Origin: an uncultured Chloroflexia bacterium
GTDB lineage: Bacteria > Chloroflexota > Limnocylindria > Limnocylindrales > CSP1-4
Reading direction: 5' to 3'
Length of the DNA: 64,000 nt
NCBI GenBank assembly: GCA_963763775.1
Contig: CAVXPZ010000001.1
Location: forward strand, 960,001 to 1,024,000
Part shown: positions 10,924-20,741 of the stretch, piece after piece
Position numbering within the stretch: the first letter of the stretch is position 1
Layout: every line of letters begins with the position of its first letter
Notes under the pieces: generated by a model
The model's input: the letters and a program-made list of their open reading frames with translations, nothing else
What the model was told of the DNA's origin: nothing
Database searches by the model: none
Position numbers and translations under genes: made by a program

Positions 10924-11939
10924 CAGTCGACGTCCTCGGCGTACACGTAGCGCATCGCGCTCTCGACGGTGGGGTCGGGCTGGGCCTCCGCGAAGTCGGT
11001 CGCGTCGTCGACGGCGGCCTTGATCTCGGCGGCCAGCCGCGCCTCGATCTCGTCGGTCAGGACGCCCGCCGCGCGCAGCCGGTCGCGGAAATGCGGCAGG
11101 GCGTCGCGCTCGCGGCCGGCGGCGAGGTCGTCCTCGGTGCGGTACTTGGTCTGCTGGTCGTCCGACGAGTGCGCGGTGAGTCGCGTGACCTTGGCCTCGA
11201 TCAGGGTCGGGCCCTCGCCCGCGCGAGCCCGCGCGACCGCGTCCCGTGCCGCCGCGTAGCACGCGAGCACGTCCTCCCCGTCGACGACGACGCCCGGGAT
11301 CCCGTAGCCGGACGCCCGGTCGGCGACGTCCTCGACCGACACCTCCATCGAGGCCGGCACGCTGATCGCATACCCGTTGTTCTCGACGACGAAGACGAAC
11401 GGCAGCTTGTGGATCGCCGCGAAGTTGAGGCCCTCGTGGACGTCGCCCTGGTTGGACGACCCCTCGCCCATGCTGGCCATCGCCACCTGACCGGTCCGCC
11501 GGATCTTGGCCGCGAGCGCGATGCCGACCGCGTGCAGGAGCTGCGTGGCCACTGGCGAGCTGACCGAGACGAGGTTGTGCTCCCGGCTCCCGTAGTGGCC
11601 GGGCATCTGGCGGCCGCCCGACGACGCGTCGTTCGCCGTCGCGTACTGCGCGGTCATGATGTCGCGCGGGCTCATCCCGAACGTCAGGCACGTCGCGATC
11701 GAGCGGTAGAACGGGGCGATCCAGTCGTGACCCCGCTCGAACGCCCACGCGATCCCCACCTGCGCGCCCTCGTGGCCCTGCCCGCTGATGACGAACGGGA
11801 TCCGTCCCGCACGGTTGAGGATCCACATCCGCTCGTCGACCGCACGCGCGAGCGCGACGAGCCGGTACATCTCGATGAGGTCGGCATCCGAGAGGCCGAC
11901 GGCGTCGCCGAGGTGGGAGTCGCTCCTGGTCGCTGCCAT
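10923..11939 (-). CDS. 2-oxoacid dehydrogenase E1 alpha subunit (resembles branched-chain BkdA1)
   Basis: FVISGQGHEGAQ, GRQMPGHY, TPP-binding GEGSSNQG...VENN, RLTAHSSDD. Confidence 0.93.
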   Translation of the reverse strand: MAATRSDSHLGDAVGLSDADLIEMYRLVALARAVDERMWILNRAGRIPFVISGQGHEGAQVGIAWAFERGHDWIAPFYRSIATCLTFGMSPRDIMTAQYATANDASSGGRQMPGHYGSREHNLVSVSSPVATQLLHAVGIALAAKIRRTGQVAMASMGEGSSNQGDVHEGLNFAAIHKLPFVFVVENNGYAISVPASMEVSVEDVADRASGYGIPGVVVDGEDVLACYAAARDAVARARAGEGPTLIEAKVTRLTAHSSDDQQTKYRTEDDLAAGRERDALPHFRDRLRAAGVLTDEIEARLAAEIKAAVDDATDFAEAQPDPTVESAMRYVYAEDVD

Positions 11940-11991
11940 CGAGCCGTCCTGCCTCCCTCGTGGCCCGGGCGCCGGCCCGGTGGATCCCGCG

Positions 11992-13434
11992 CTAGATGTT
12001 GATGCCGTGGCCGTCGACCGCCATGGCGGCTTCGCCGATGACCTCGGAGAGCGTCGGGTGGGCGTGCGTGGCGGCGCCGATCTCCCACGCCGCGACCTCG
12101 AGCGTGAACCCGAGGCTCGCCTCGGCGATGAGGTCGGTCGCGTGCGGCCCGATGATGTGGACGCCGAGCGTGTCGTCGTTGCCCTTGTCCGCGATGACCT
12201 TCGCGAACCCCTCGTACTCGCCGCCGATGATGGCCTTGGCAACGGCCTGGAACGGCATCTTGCCCACCTTGTAGTCCGTGCCGGCTGCCTTGACCTGCTC
12301 CTCGGTGAGCCCGATCGAGGCGATCTCCGGGCGGCAGTACGTGGCCCGCGGCTGACTCGTGTAGTCCATCGCGTGGACATCCGACTCGCCGGCGATCGTA
12401 TGAGCCGCCGTTATGCCCTCGTGCGCCGCCGTGTGCGCGAGCCACAGCCCGCCCACGATGTCACCGATCGCGTACACGTGCGGCTCCTTCGTCCGCATGT
12501 GCCCGTCGACCTTGATGATGCCCCGGTCGGTCTCGACCTTCGTCGTCTCGAGGCCGATGTCCTCGATGTTGGCCGCGCGACCGGTGGCCACGAGCATCAG
12601 CTCGGCATGGAGCTCGGTGGGGTCCTTGCCCTCGGGACCGACCGTCACGGTCACGCCGTCCTTGCCGGCCTTCACGGAGGCGGCATCGAACCGGGCGTTG
12701 GTCATCACCTCGATCCCGCGCTTGGTGAAGCTGCGCTCGAGTGTCTTGCTGACCTCGCCGTCCTCGAGCGGCACGATCTGCGGCAGGTACTCCAGGACCG
12801 TCACCTTGACCCCGACGTCGTGGAACATGGACGCGAACTCGACGCCGACCGCGCCCGCGCCGACGACGATGATGTCCTTGGGCAGCGCGTCCATCCGCAG
12901 CACGTCGTCGCTCGTGACGATGCGCGTCCCGTCCGGAGTCAGGCCCGGGAGCGACTTGACCCGCGACCCGGTCGCGAGGATGACGTCGGTCGCCTGGAGC
13001 ACGCGCTCGCCGCCGGCCCCGGGCGTCCCGTCCTCGCCGGGCTGGCTGACGCGGACCCGCTGCGGACCGTCGAGGCGGCCACGGCCTTCGATCCACGTCA
13101 CCTGGTACTTGGTGACGAGGGTCTTCAGCCCGGTCCACATGCGCTTGACGACCGCGTCGCGACGGGCCGCCATCGCCGCGTAGTCGACCGTGGGCTCGCC
13201 GGGCAGGATGATCCCGAAGTCCTTCGCGTGCCGCACCCGCTCGACGAACGCGGCCGACTCGAGGAGCGCCTTCGTCGGGATGCAGCCGCGGTGGAGGCAC
13301 GTGCCGCCGAGCTTGTCCTCGTCGACGAGGGCGACCCGTAGGCCGAGCTGGGACGCACGGAATGCCGCGGCGTAGCCGCCGGTGCCCGCGCCGAGCACGA
13401 CGAGGTCGAAGTCATTGGACGAGCCGACGGCCAT
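11992..13434 (-). CDS. lpdA: Dihydrolipoyl dehydrogenase (E3)
   Basis: GAGTGG FAD motif, GGTCLHRGCIPTK redox disulfide, HAHPTLSE. Confidence 0.96.
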   Translation of the reverse strand: MAVGSSNDFDLVVLGAGTGGYAAAFRASQLGLRVALVDEDKLGGTCLHRGCIPTKALLESAAFVERVRHAKDFGIILPGEPTVDYAAMAARRDAVVKRMWTGLKTLVTKYQVTWIEGRGRLDGPQRVRVSQPGEDGTPGAGGERVLQATDVILATGSRVKSLPGLTPDGTRIVTSDDVLRMDALPKDIIVVGAGAVGVEFASMFHDVGVKVTVLEYLPQIVPLEDGEVSKTLERSFTKRGIEVMTNARFDAASVKAGKDGVTVTVGPEGKDPTELHAELMLVATGRAANIEDIGLETTKVETDRGIIKVDGHMRTKEPHVYAIGDIVGGLWLAHTAAHEGITAAHTIAGESDVHAMDYTSQPRATYCRPEIASIGLTEEQVKAAGTDYKVGKMPFQAVAKAIIGGEYEGFAKVIADKGNDDTLGVHIIGPHATDLIAEASLGFTLEVAAWEIGAATHAHPTLSEVIGEAAMAVDGHGINI

Positions 13435-13630
13435 GGGTCAGGGTGCCTCGGGGAGCCTGCGCTTCGGCGACCGCGAGGAGAGGTCGGCGCGCCGGGCGGG
13501 CGGATGGGTCATCGGGTCGATGGTACGCGCGGCGCCGAGACTCCCGCAACCGGGCCGGCCGGCCGTCATCGCAGAGTCCGGATGCTAGACTCGCGCCTTC
13601 GGGCGACTGCCCGGACGCAGGAGCGAATCG

Positions 13631-14278
13631 ATGGGCCCCACCATCCTCCAGACGGTCGGTCTGACGCTCATCGCCTACCTCGCGGGGTCGATCCCCATGG
13701 GGATCCTCGCGGCCCGGCTGTCGGGCGGGCCGGATCCGCGGACGATCGGGTCCGGTCGGACCGGCGGCACGAACGCCCTGCGCGCGCTGGGACGCAAGTG
13801 GGCCGCCTTCGTGGTGATCGGCGACCTGCTCAAGGGCGCCCTGCCGGTCATCCTCGCCCGGTACGTGACCGGCGGCGACCCCATCACCGAGGTGCTGTGC
13901 GGCGCCGCGGCCGTGTCCGGGGCGATCTGGTCGGTGTTCGCGGGGTTCCGCAGCGGCCGCGGCGTCGGGACCGGCGTCGGGACGATGCTCGTCATCCAGC
14001 CCGTCGCGGTCCTCCTCGCGACGCCGGTGTTCGTCGGCGTGATCCTGCTGACGCGCTACGTGTCGCTCGGCTCGCTCCTCGGGTCGGCCGCGATGTTCCC
14101 GGCCATGCTCCTCGTGCTCCTCGTCGTGCCGACCACGCCCCTGCCGTACGTCCTGTACTCCGCGGTGGGCGCGGCGCTCATCTGGCTGGCCCACGCGGAC
14201 AACATCGACCGGCTGCTCCACGGCACGGAGCGCAAGTTCGACCTGGGCCTGCTCGCCGGCAAACGCCCGAGCAGCTGA
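13631..14278 (+). CDS. plsY: Glycerol-3-phosphate 1-O-acyltransferase
   Basis: YLAGSIP, GSGRTGGTN, DLLKG, FRSGRGVGT, HADNIDRLLHGTE. Confidence 0.92.
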   Translation: MGPTILQTVGLTLIAYLAGSIPMGILAARLSGGPDPRTIGSGRTGGTNALRALGRKWAAFVVIGDLLKGALPVILARYVTGGDPITEVLCGAAAVSGAIWSVFAGFRSGRGVGTGVGTMLVIQPVAVLLATPVFVGVILLTRYVSLGSLLGSAAMFPAMLLVLLVVPTTPLPYVLYSAVGAALIWLAHADNIDRLLHGTERKFDLGLLAGKRPSS

Positions 14279-14320
14279 GCGACCCATTCGGCCGTCGCGC
14301 CGCGCGGCCCGGGAATTGTT

Positions 14321-14349
14321 CGACCCGGGTCGGCTGACGACCCGGGTCG
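14321..14349. terminator. Hairpin built from two copies of the palindrome CGACCCGGGTCG, between convergent genes
   Basis: Copies at 14321-14332 and 14338-14349; no clear U-tract. Confidence 0.45.
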
Positions 14350-14403
14350 CGGTTCGACGCTGGTTCGGCGGGCCGCCAGTCGGCCCGCACCGAGAGGACG
14401 GGG

Positions 14404-14787
14404 TCAGCCGCCGCGCATGCTCCGGAAGCAGTCGCTGCAGTAGACGGGCTTGCCGCTCGTCGGGCGGAAGGGCACCTGGGCGTCCTTGCCGCAGTTGGAG
14501 CAGGTCGCGGTGAACATCTCACGCGGGCCGCGATCGCGGGAGCCGTAGCCACCACCGCCACCACCACCGTAGCTCGAGCCGCCGGCGGAATAGCCACCAC
14601 CGGCACCATAGCCACCATACGAGCTGCCGCCACCCTCGGCGTTCCGGGCGGCCTTGCGGCTGGCTCGGCACGACGGGCAACGGCGCGGCTCGGTGAACCC
14701 ACGCTGCGCGTAGAAGTCCTGCTCCGAGGCGGTGAACACGAATTCCTGTCCACAGTCCGCGCAGGTCAGGTTCTTGTCGCTGTACAC
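14404..14787 (-). CDS. Double zinc-ribbon protein (CxxC-x17-CxxC family) with a Gly/Tyr-rich linker
   Basis: CADC...CPSC and CSNC...VPFRP...PVYCSDC; GGYG-rich linker; SD GAGAGGAG upstream. Confidence 0.88.
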   Translation of the reverse strand: MYSDKNLTCADCGQEFVFTASEQDFYAQRGFTEPRRCPSCRASRKAARNAEGGGSSYGGYGAGGGYSAGGSSYGGGGGGGYGSRDRGPREMFTATCSNCGKDAQVPFRPTSGKPVYCSDCFRSMRGG

Positions 14788-14921
14788 GAAAACGAAACTC
14801 CTCTCGGTAGCCGGCGCGAGCCCGTCGGGTTTCTCGCGTCAGCCGTGAGAGGAGTCCGAGTGTGCGTCGAGCTACGTTCTGGCCACGGACGCTTCCATGG
14901 CGTTTATGCGGCGGGATGGTA
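14788..14921 (-). promoter_or_regulatory. Long 5' UTR with an SD-sequestering hairpin; putative -10 TACCAT at 14916-14921
   Basis: On the mRNA, ACUCCUCUC (14855-14847) pairs perfectly with GAGAGGAGU (14805-14797), which contains the SD, and encloses a second inner stem. Confidence 0.6.
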
Positions 14922-15015
14922 CGACGTCGTCCGGTCGTTGCATAGCCCTGACTTTCGACCATTCCCGCGAGGCGACGACCGGTCGTCGCTGAGCGTGCGG
15001 TAGAGTCCGCGGAGC

Positions 15016-16188
15016 ATGGAACGACCACCCGCCACGAGCTCGCTCCAGGGCGTCGTTTCGCGTCGCGAAGCGCGCCTCGTCTTCTGGCTCGTCGTCATCG
15101 CGCTGGTGCTCGTCATCGCCCATCTCGGCGCCGAGTTCACGAGCCTGTTCGCGGGTCCCGCGCTGATCCTGTTCGTGGCCTGGCTGATGGCGTACGTGCT
15201 CGAACCCGCGGTGGCATTCCTGCACCGGCACCTGCCCTTCAAGGGCCGCGGTCCCTCCGTCCTGATCACGTACCTGATCACCTTCGTCGTGGCCACGGTC
15301 GTGCTGCTGGGAGCCGGCGTGGCCATCCTGAACGCGGCGATCCAGTTCGTCGACAACCTGCCCGAGATCCTGGCCCGGATCAAGGCGGTCCTTGGGCCGA
15401 TCCTCGACGGGCTCGGCCTGCAGTTGCCGTCCGGCGCGAGCCTGACGACCGCCGTCCAGGACTGGGTCGCCCAGAACGCCGGACAGCTGGCGGACGCCGT
15501 CGCCCTCGCGGTGCACAACGCGGTCATCGTGGTGGCCGGCCTCATCACCGCGGTCTTCATCTCGATCGGGCTCGCCGTCGGCCAGGTCTCGCTCCTTGGC
15601 TGGCTGCGGCGGTTCCTGCCGACGAGCACGTACCGCGACCTGAGCGAGCTCGAGCAGGCGATCGCGGTGTCGTTCGGCGGGTTCGTCCGTGGTCGTCTGT
15701 TGATCGGCGGCATCTACGGCGCGTTCACCGGGATCGTGGCGGTGGTGTTCGGCGTGCCGTACGCCCCGCTCATCGCCGTGATCGCCGGCCTCATCGTCTT
15801 CATCCCGTGGATCGGGCCGTTGATCGGCTGGGCGGTGCTCCCGGCGTTCGCGATGCTCCTCGCGCCCGATGTCGTCGCCCAGTGCGCGATCGTGAGCATC
15901 CTCGGGGCGGTGGCGATCCAGGTGGTCGTGACGCCGTTCGTCATGGCCGGTGCCGTCAGCATGAAGCCCGTCGCCGTGTTCGTGGTCGTCATCCTCGGCA
16001 CGTCGATCGCCGGGATCGTCGGCGCGATCTTCGCGATCCCGACCGCGGCCGCGATCCTCGCGGTGACCGACTACCTGCGCAAGCGCGACGTCCTGCTCCG
16101 CGCCGAGGACGATGCCGCGGCCGGTGGCGGCGCGGTCGACGGTCCGGATCCGGCCAGCCTCGCGGCGATCGACCCGACGCCCGCCTGA
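15016..16188 (+). CDS. AI-2E family (PerM/UPF0118) transporter
   Basis: Multi-TM protein with GFVRGRLL, FIPWIGPLIG and GIVGAIFAIPTAA motifs. Confidence 0.88.
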   Translation: MERPPATSSLQGVVSRREARLVFWLVVIALVLVIAHLGAEFTSLFAGPALILFVAWLMAYVLEPAVAFLHRHLPFKGRGPSVLITYLITFVVATVVLLGAGVAILNAAIQFVDNLPEILARIKAVLGPILDGLGLQLPSGASLTTAVQDWVAQNAGQLADAVALAVHNAVIVVAGLITAVFISIGLAVGQVSLLGWLRRFLPTSTYRDLSELEQAIAVSFGGFVRGRLLIGGIYGAFTGIVAVVFGVPYAPLIAVIAGLIVFIPWIGPLIGWAVLPAFAMLLAPDVVAQCAIVSILGAVAIQVVVTPFVMAGAVSMKPVAVFVVVILGTSIAGIVGAIFAIPTAAAILAVTDYLRKRDVLLRAEDDAAAGGGAVDGPDPASLAAIDPTPA

Positions 16189-16213
16189 GCCAACGGGAGC
16201 ACGAGACCGCCGA

Positions 16214-16930
16214 TCACGCTGGTTCGAACGGCGCGGTGGCGAAGAGGTGGCGGAACTGCTTGCACCAGATGACCGCGCTCTCGAATGACGCTGGGTCGGC
16301 GTCCGGTGGGATGTCGTACCCGAATGAACCATCGGTCGCCTTGAGCTTGCCGAGTTCGAGGGCACCCTTCGCGAAGCCGTTGGCGGATGGGGAGAGGTAC
16401 ACGTACAGGTCCGGCCCGTTGCGGACGCTGAAGTCGTCAAGCCGCAGGTGATAGCGGCCGGGCGATACCTCGATCACGGTCGCGCGGCCCCGGCCGAAGT
16501 GGAAATCATCCGAGCCGTGGAACGCACCACGAGCGAGCGTCGCCGGCGCGAATGGGGTCGACGTTTCGAGCGCGGTGGCTGCCACGGTGGGCTGCGCATC
16601 ACTCGGCGTCGGGGCGACGATCACGTCAGGCGTGGGCGCCGGAACGACACTCGGTCCCGAAGCGGCGTCGACGGGCGGCGGTTCCACGAGCGCCGTACGG
16701 ATGAACAAGGGCGAGGCCACGTACCAGAGCAACGGCAGCGCGACCAGGAGGACTGCCACGGACCCGGCCGTCGAGCGTCCCGGATGCCGCCGCGCCGCCG
16801 AGAGCCATCCCATGCGGCGAGCCAGGATCGCGAGGGCGATCACGCCGGCCGCCGATGCGACGGCGAGCGCGATCCGGTGGTCGTACAGCTCCGCGGTCAG
16901 CGAGGACCACAGATCGTCCAGGTCGTCCAT
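16214..16930 (-). CDS. Membrane-anchored DM13-domain protein
   Basis: Two TM helices, then DDFHFGRG, NGPDLYVYLS, LGKLKATDG and VIWCKQF. Confidence 0.85.
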   Translation of the reverse strand: MDDLDDLWSSLTAELYDHRIALAVASAAGVIALAILARRMGWLSAARRHPGRSTAGSVAVLLVALPLLWYVASPLFIRTALVEPPPVDAASGPSVVPAPTPDVIVAPTPSDAQPTVAATALETSTPFAPATLARGAFHGSDDFHFGRGRATVIEVSPGRYHLRLDDFSVRNGPDLYVYLSPSANGFAKGALELGKLKATDGSFGYDIPPDADPASFESAVIWCKQFRHLFATAPFEPA

Positions 16931-17000
16931 CGCCGTACCTTGGCGGGCGCACGTGACAGTTCGATGACCCTGGATGGAGGCCTCCGCCGAGGCGGGCCGC

Positions 17001-18695
17001 CTACGTCGCCGGTGAGGCCCCCGTCACGGAGAACTCACGACGAGCGACCTCGAGGTAGGCCTCGACCTCGCGCGCGCGCCGGGTCTCACCCCATCCGAGC
17101 TCGTCGCCGAGCAGCTCGGCCACGCGCGGGGCGATGGCGGCGCCTCGATCGGGCAACTCCTGCGCCAGGCGGAGGCGACGTGCCAGGACGTCGTCGAGCG
17201 TCAGCGCCATCTCGTGGCGGACCGCCCAGGTCACCTCGGCCTCGAGGAACGGGCGACCGGGCGTGAGGCGCTGGATGAGGCCGAGTTCCCCACCGAGGCT
17301 CACCACCCCGGGGGCCTCGGTCCCGTGCCGGGCGACGAGGCGGGCCGCCACCGCCCCATCCAGCGCCCCGATGGCCGGGATGGAGGCCAACTCCGCGGCG
17401 ATCCGGTCGAGCGCATCGTGGTCGGCCGCACCCACCAGGCGCCGTTCGGCGGTCTGGCTCGGCCGCGTCCGGGCCTCGGCCTTGCCGAGCACCGCGTCGA
17501 TCGCGTCCCGCGCCATCACGCGGTACGTCGTGTACTTGCCGCCGCCGATGCGGACGACGCCGTTCGGCTCCACCGTGACCCGGTGTTCGCGTGAGGCCTT
17601 CACCGTGGAACCGCCCGACGGCGCGATCAGCGGCCGTAGTCCGGCGAAGGTCCCGACCACGTCGTCGCGCGTCAGGTCGACGTCCATCGTCGCGTTGACC
17701 GTGTCGAGCAGCTTCTGGATCTCCCAGTCGTCCGCGGCCGGGTGGTCGAAGGAGCCTTCGTACGGCGCGTCGGTCGTCCCGATCAGCCAGTGGTCCGGCC
17801 ATGGCACGAGGAACACGATCTTGCCCGGGACCCGGATCGTGAGCCCGGCCTTGTTCGGGATCCGCGCACGCGGCACGACGAGGTGCGCGCCACGGCTCGG
17901 CAGGATCCTGAGGCTGCTGCCGCCGAACGGATGGTCCGCCTCGGCCTCCCAGACGCCGGTCGCGTCGAGCACCGCCCGAGTCCGGATCTCGAAGTCGGCG
18001 CCCGTCAGCAGGTCGCGCGCCCGGACCGCCTCCATCGTGCCGTACGCCGGGTCCGAGCGGAGCCCCGTCGCCTGGACCCGCGTCAGGACGACCGCGCCGT
18101 CGGCGACGGCCGTCCGGGCGACGGCGAGCGTGTAGCGGGCGTCGTCCTCGACGCCGTCGTGGTACACGAGACCACCGCGCAGACCCTCGTGCCGCAGCGT
18201 GGGGGCAAGGTCCAGCGTCGCGGCGCGCGAGAGGCGGCGGTGCCACCCGCCGTCATGGCGGGCGCCGAGGATGTCGTACAGGGTCAGGCCAGCGTCGTAG
18301 AACGCCTTCGACGCGAACGGGATCCCATAGATCGGGAACAGGAGCGGCTCGATCCGGACGAGGTGCGGCGCGAGGTGCAGCAACCGCGAGCGCTCGGCCA
18401 GCGCCTCGCGTACCAGGGAGATCCGGAACTGCTCCAGGTAGCGCAGACCGCCGTGGATGAGCCGCGACGAGCGCGACGACGTCCCGGACGCGATGTCGTC
18501 CTGCTCGATGAGGACCGCCCGCATCCCGCGCGAGACTGCATCGAGCAGGGCCCCGCAGCCGACGATCCCGCCGCCGACGATGACCAGGTCCCAGCGCTCG
18601 GTCTCGAGGGCCTCGAGCGCGGCGCGGCGCGCGTCTGCCGGCGTGGGGACGTCGGCCGGTACCGGGGCGATGAGCGCGTCCGGGTCCAGGGTCAT
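17001..18695 (-). CDS. glpD: FAD-dependent glycerol-3-phosphate dehydrogenase/oxidase
   Basis: GGGIVG, ASGTSSRSSRLIHGGLRYL, FAGLRPL, SREH, GGKYTTYR. Confidence 0.92.
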   Translation of the reverse strand: MTLDPDALIAPVPADVPTPADARRAALEALETERWDLVIVGGGIVGCGALLDAVSRGMRAVLIEQDDIASGTSSRSSRLIHGGLRYLEQFRISLVREALAERSRLLHLAPHLVRIEPLLFPIYGIPFASKAFYDAGLTLYDILGARHDGGWHRRLSRAATLDLAPTLRHEGLRGGLVYHDGVEDDARYTLAVARTAVADGAVVLTRVQATGLRSDPAYGTMEAVRARDLLTGADFEIRTRAVLDATGVWEAEADHPFGGSSLRILPSRGAHLVVPRARIPNKAGLTIRVPGKIVFLVPWPDHWLIGTTDAPYEGSFDHPAADDWEIQKLLDTVNATMDVDLTRDDVVGTFAGLRPLIAPSGGSTVKASREHRVTVEPNGVVRIGGGKYTTYRVMARDAIDAVLGKAEARTRPSQTAERRLVGAADHDALDRIAAELASIPAIGALDGAVAARLVARHGTEAPGVVSLGGELGLIQRLTPGRPFLEAEVTWAVRHEMALTLDDVLARRLRLAQELPDRGAAIAPRVAELLGDELGWGETRRAREVEAYLEVARREFSVTGASPAT

Positions 18696-18708
18696 GCGGC
18701 GGTCAGCG

Positions 18709-18936
18709 TCAGCGAGGCGCCGAGGGCCGGCGGGTCGAGATCCGCCACAACAGCCAGCCGGTCCCGACGATCAGGACGACGATGGCGAGCGGGGTGTGGA
18801 AGACGACCTCCTGCATCGATGTCGGCAGGACGCTGGTCAGGACGGCCGCGCCGAGCACGACCGCGACGACGACGAGGGCGACCACGGCCACCTGTCGGAC
18901 ACCCGGCTGTCGGTCCTGCGGGGCCCCCTCAGACAC
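18709..18936 (-). CDS. Small two-TM hypothetical protein
   Basis: Two hydrophobic helices; overlaps the nnrE stop and lies just upstream of glpD. Confidence 0.6.
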   Translation of the reverse strand: MSEGAPQDRQPGVRQVAVVALVVVAVVLGAAVLTSVLPTSMQEVVFHTPLAIVVLIVGTGWLLWRISTRRPSAPR

Positions 18937-19723
18937 GGTCGGCATCCAAGGGGATACCGATCGGGGCGACGAGGACCTTGCCCGCCTGGACCGCGCCGCG
19001 CTTGGTCAGCAGGCCGGTCTTGGGACGGTGGAACGTGACGGTCAGATCGGCTCGGACGACGGGGTCTGACGGCTCGCCGCTCGAGAGGTCGACTGCCGTC
19101 GGCGTGTCGACCGATACGATGGGAACGCCACTCGCCGCGGCACGGTTCACGAGGTCCACCGCGGACCGGATCGGCTCGCGGAGGACACCGCGGACACCGG
19201 TGCCCAGGAGCGCGTCGACGATGACCGCGACTCGATCGATGCCGCCGCCGAACATCGCGACGTCGCGCGGGACCGCCAGGTGCAGTTTCGTGATGCCGGT
19301 GTCGCGGGCGACTCGGTCCCAGTTCCGTGCCGACGTCACGCCGGCCGGCCGCGCGTCCGACGACACGAGCGCGACGACGACGGTCGCGCCCGCGAGCGCG
19401 AGGCGCCGCGCCGCCACGAAGCCATCCCCGCCGTTGTTGCCCGGACCGCACAGCACGACGATCGGGCCAGTCCCCCATCGGCCGAGGTCGGTCGCGAGCG
19501 CCTTGACCGCCGCGGCCACGGCCGTCCCGGCATGCTCCATGAGTCGCTCTTCTGGGATCCCGAGGACCTGCGCGCGGCGATCGGCCCCCGTCATGGCCTC
19601 GGCCGAGATCGCCGGGAGCGACGCCGGCGCGGACCATCGCCGGCGCAGGCCGCGCAGGTCGAGCTCGAAGATCGAGGGGTCGTTGGCCGGGAGCAGCTGC
19701 TCCGGCTCGACGGTCGTGGGCAT
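18929..19723 (-). CDS. nnrE: NAD(P)H-hydrate epimerase (stand-alone YjeF_N)
   Basis: LMEHAG, CGPGNNGGDG, VDALLGTG, SVDTPT, TVTFHRPK. Confidence 0.88.
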   Translation of the reverse strand: MPTTVEPEQLLPANDPSIFELDLRGLRRRWSAPASLPAISAEAMTGADRRAQVLGIPEERLMEHAGTAVAAAVKALATDLGRWGTGPIVVLCGPGNNGGDGFVAARRLALAGATVVVALVSSDARPAGVTSARNWDRVARDTGITKLHLAVPRDVAMFGGGIDRVAVIVDALLGTGVRGVLREPIRSAVDLVNRAAASGVPIVSVDTPTAVDLSSGEPSDPVVRADLTVTFHRPKTGLLTKRGAVQAGKVLVAPIGIPLDADRV

Positions 19724-19750
19724 CGCCCGGCAAGACTAGCCGAACGCCGG

Positions 19751-20647
19751 TCAGCCCATCCGGAGGCGCGCCCGGTGGTGGTCGTCGAGCTCGATGAGCC
19801 CGTCCGACGCGAGCGCCGCGAGCGCCCGGTCCACCGCCGCCCGGTCGTGCTCGCCGATCGGGGCGTCGACCGGCACCCATGCCGCGTCGGGGGCGGCCCG
19901 CAGGCGGTCGAGGACGCGGCCGCGCAGCCATCGGTTGGTCGAGGCGAACGTCGCGGCGCGTTCCCTGGTGGCCCTCGGTCGACGGCGCACGATGGCGCCG
20001 TCCGCGGCGAACCGGCACCACGGGCGGGCGGGGCAGGCCGGGCAGTCGGCCGTGGCCGCTCGACAGGTCGTCGCGCCTAGATCCATGAGGGCGTGCGTCC
20101 ACATCGCGGCCCGGTCGGCCGGCACCGAGGCGTCCGCGAGCGCCTGCATCTCCCGCGCCGAGCGCGCGCCGGGATCTCCGTCGACGATACGGCCGAGCAC
20201 GCGTCGGACGTTCGTGTCCACGGCGCCGACCTGGACGCCGAACGCGATCGCGGCGACGGCCCTGGCCGTGTACGGGCCGACCCCGGGCAGCCGCTCGAGG
20301 GCCGCGACGTCTGATGGCACCCGGCCGCCGTGCGTCGCCACGATCTCGCGGGCGGCACGCCACAGGTTCATCCCGCGCCGGTCGTAACCCAGGCCCTGCC
20401 ACTCGCGAAGGACGTCTGCGGGCGTGGCCGCGGCAAGGTCATCGACCGTCGGGAACCGTGCCATGAACCGCTCCCAGCGTTCGGCGGCACGGGCCGCCTG
20501 CGTCTGCTGGGCCATCGCCTCGGACACGAGCACCGCGTACGGGTCGGTGGTACGCCGGAACGCCAGCGGCCGTGCCTCGCGCGCGTACCAGTCGAGGACG
20601 GCGTCGCGGAGCGCCGGCGGGACGAGCGAGGGCGTCGACGGGACCAC
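19751..20647 (-). CDS. mutY: A/G-specific adenine glycosylase (short form without a clear NUDIX-like domain)
   Basis: VSEAMAQQTQ, WQGLGY, HhH LPGVGPYTA, VDTNVRRV, Fe-S motif C-x6-C-x2-C-x5-C. Confidence 0.9.
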   Translation of the reverse strand: MVPSTPSLVPPALRDAVLDWYAREARPLAFRRTTDPYAVLVSEAMAQQTQAARAAERWERFMARFPTVDDLAAATPADVLREWQGLGYDRRGMNLWRAAREIVATHGGRVPSDVAALERLPGVGPYTARAVAAIAFGVQVGAVDTNVRRVLGRIVDGDPGARSAREMQALADASVPADRAAMWTHALMDLGATTCRAATADCPACPARPWCRFAADGAIVRRRPRATRERAATFASTNRWLRGRVLDRLRAAPDAAWVPVDAPIGEHDRAAVDRALAALASDGLIELDDHHRARLRMG

Positions 20648-20741
20648 GACCGCAGGATACGTGGGCGTGCAGCGACCGTTGATCGCGGGGTGAGCGGTCC
20701 GTCGTACAGTCACGGCTGGACCGATGCAGGGAGTCGCCGCC

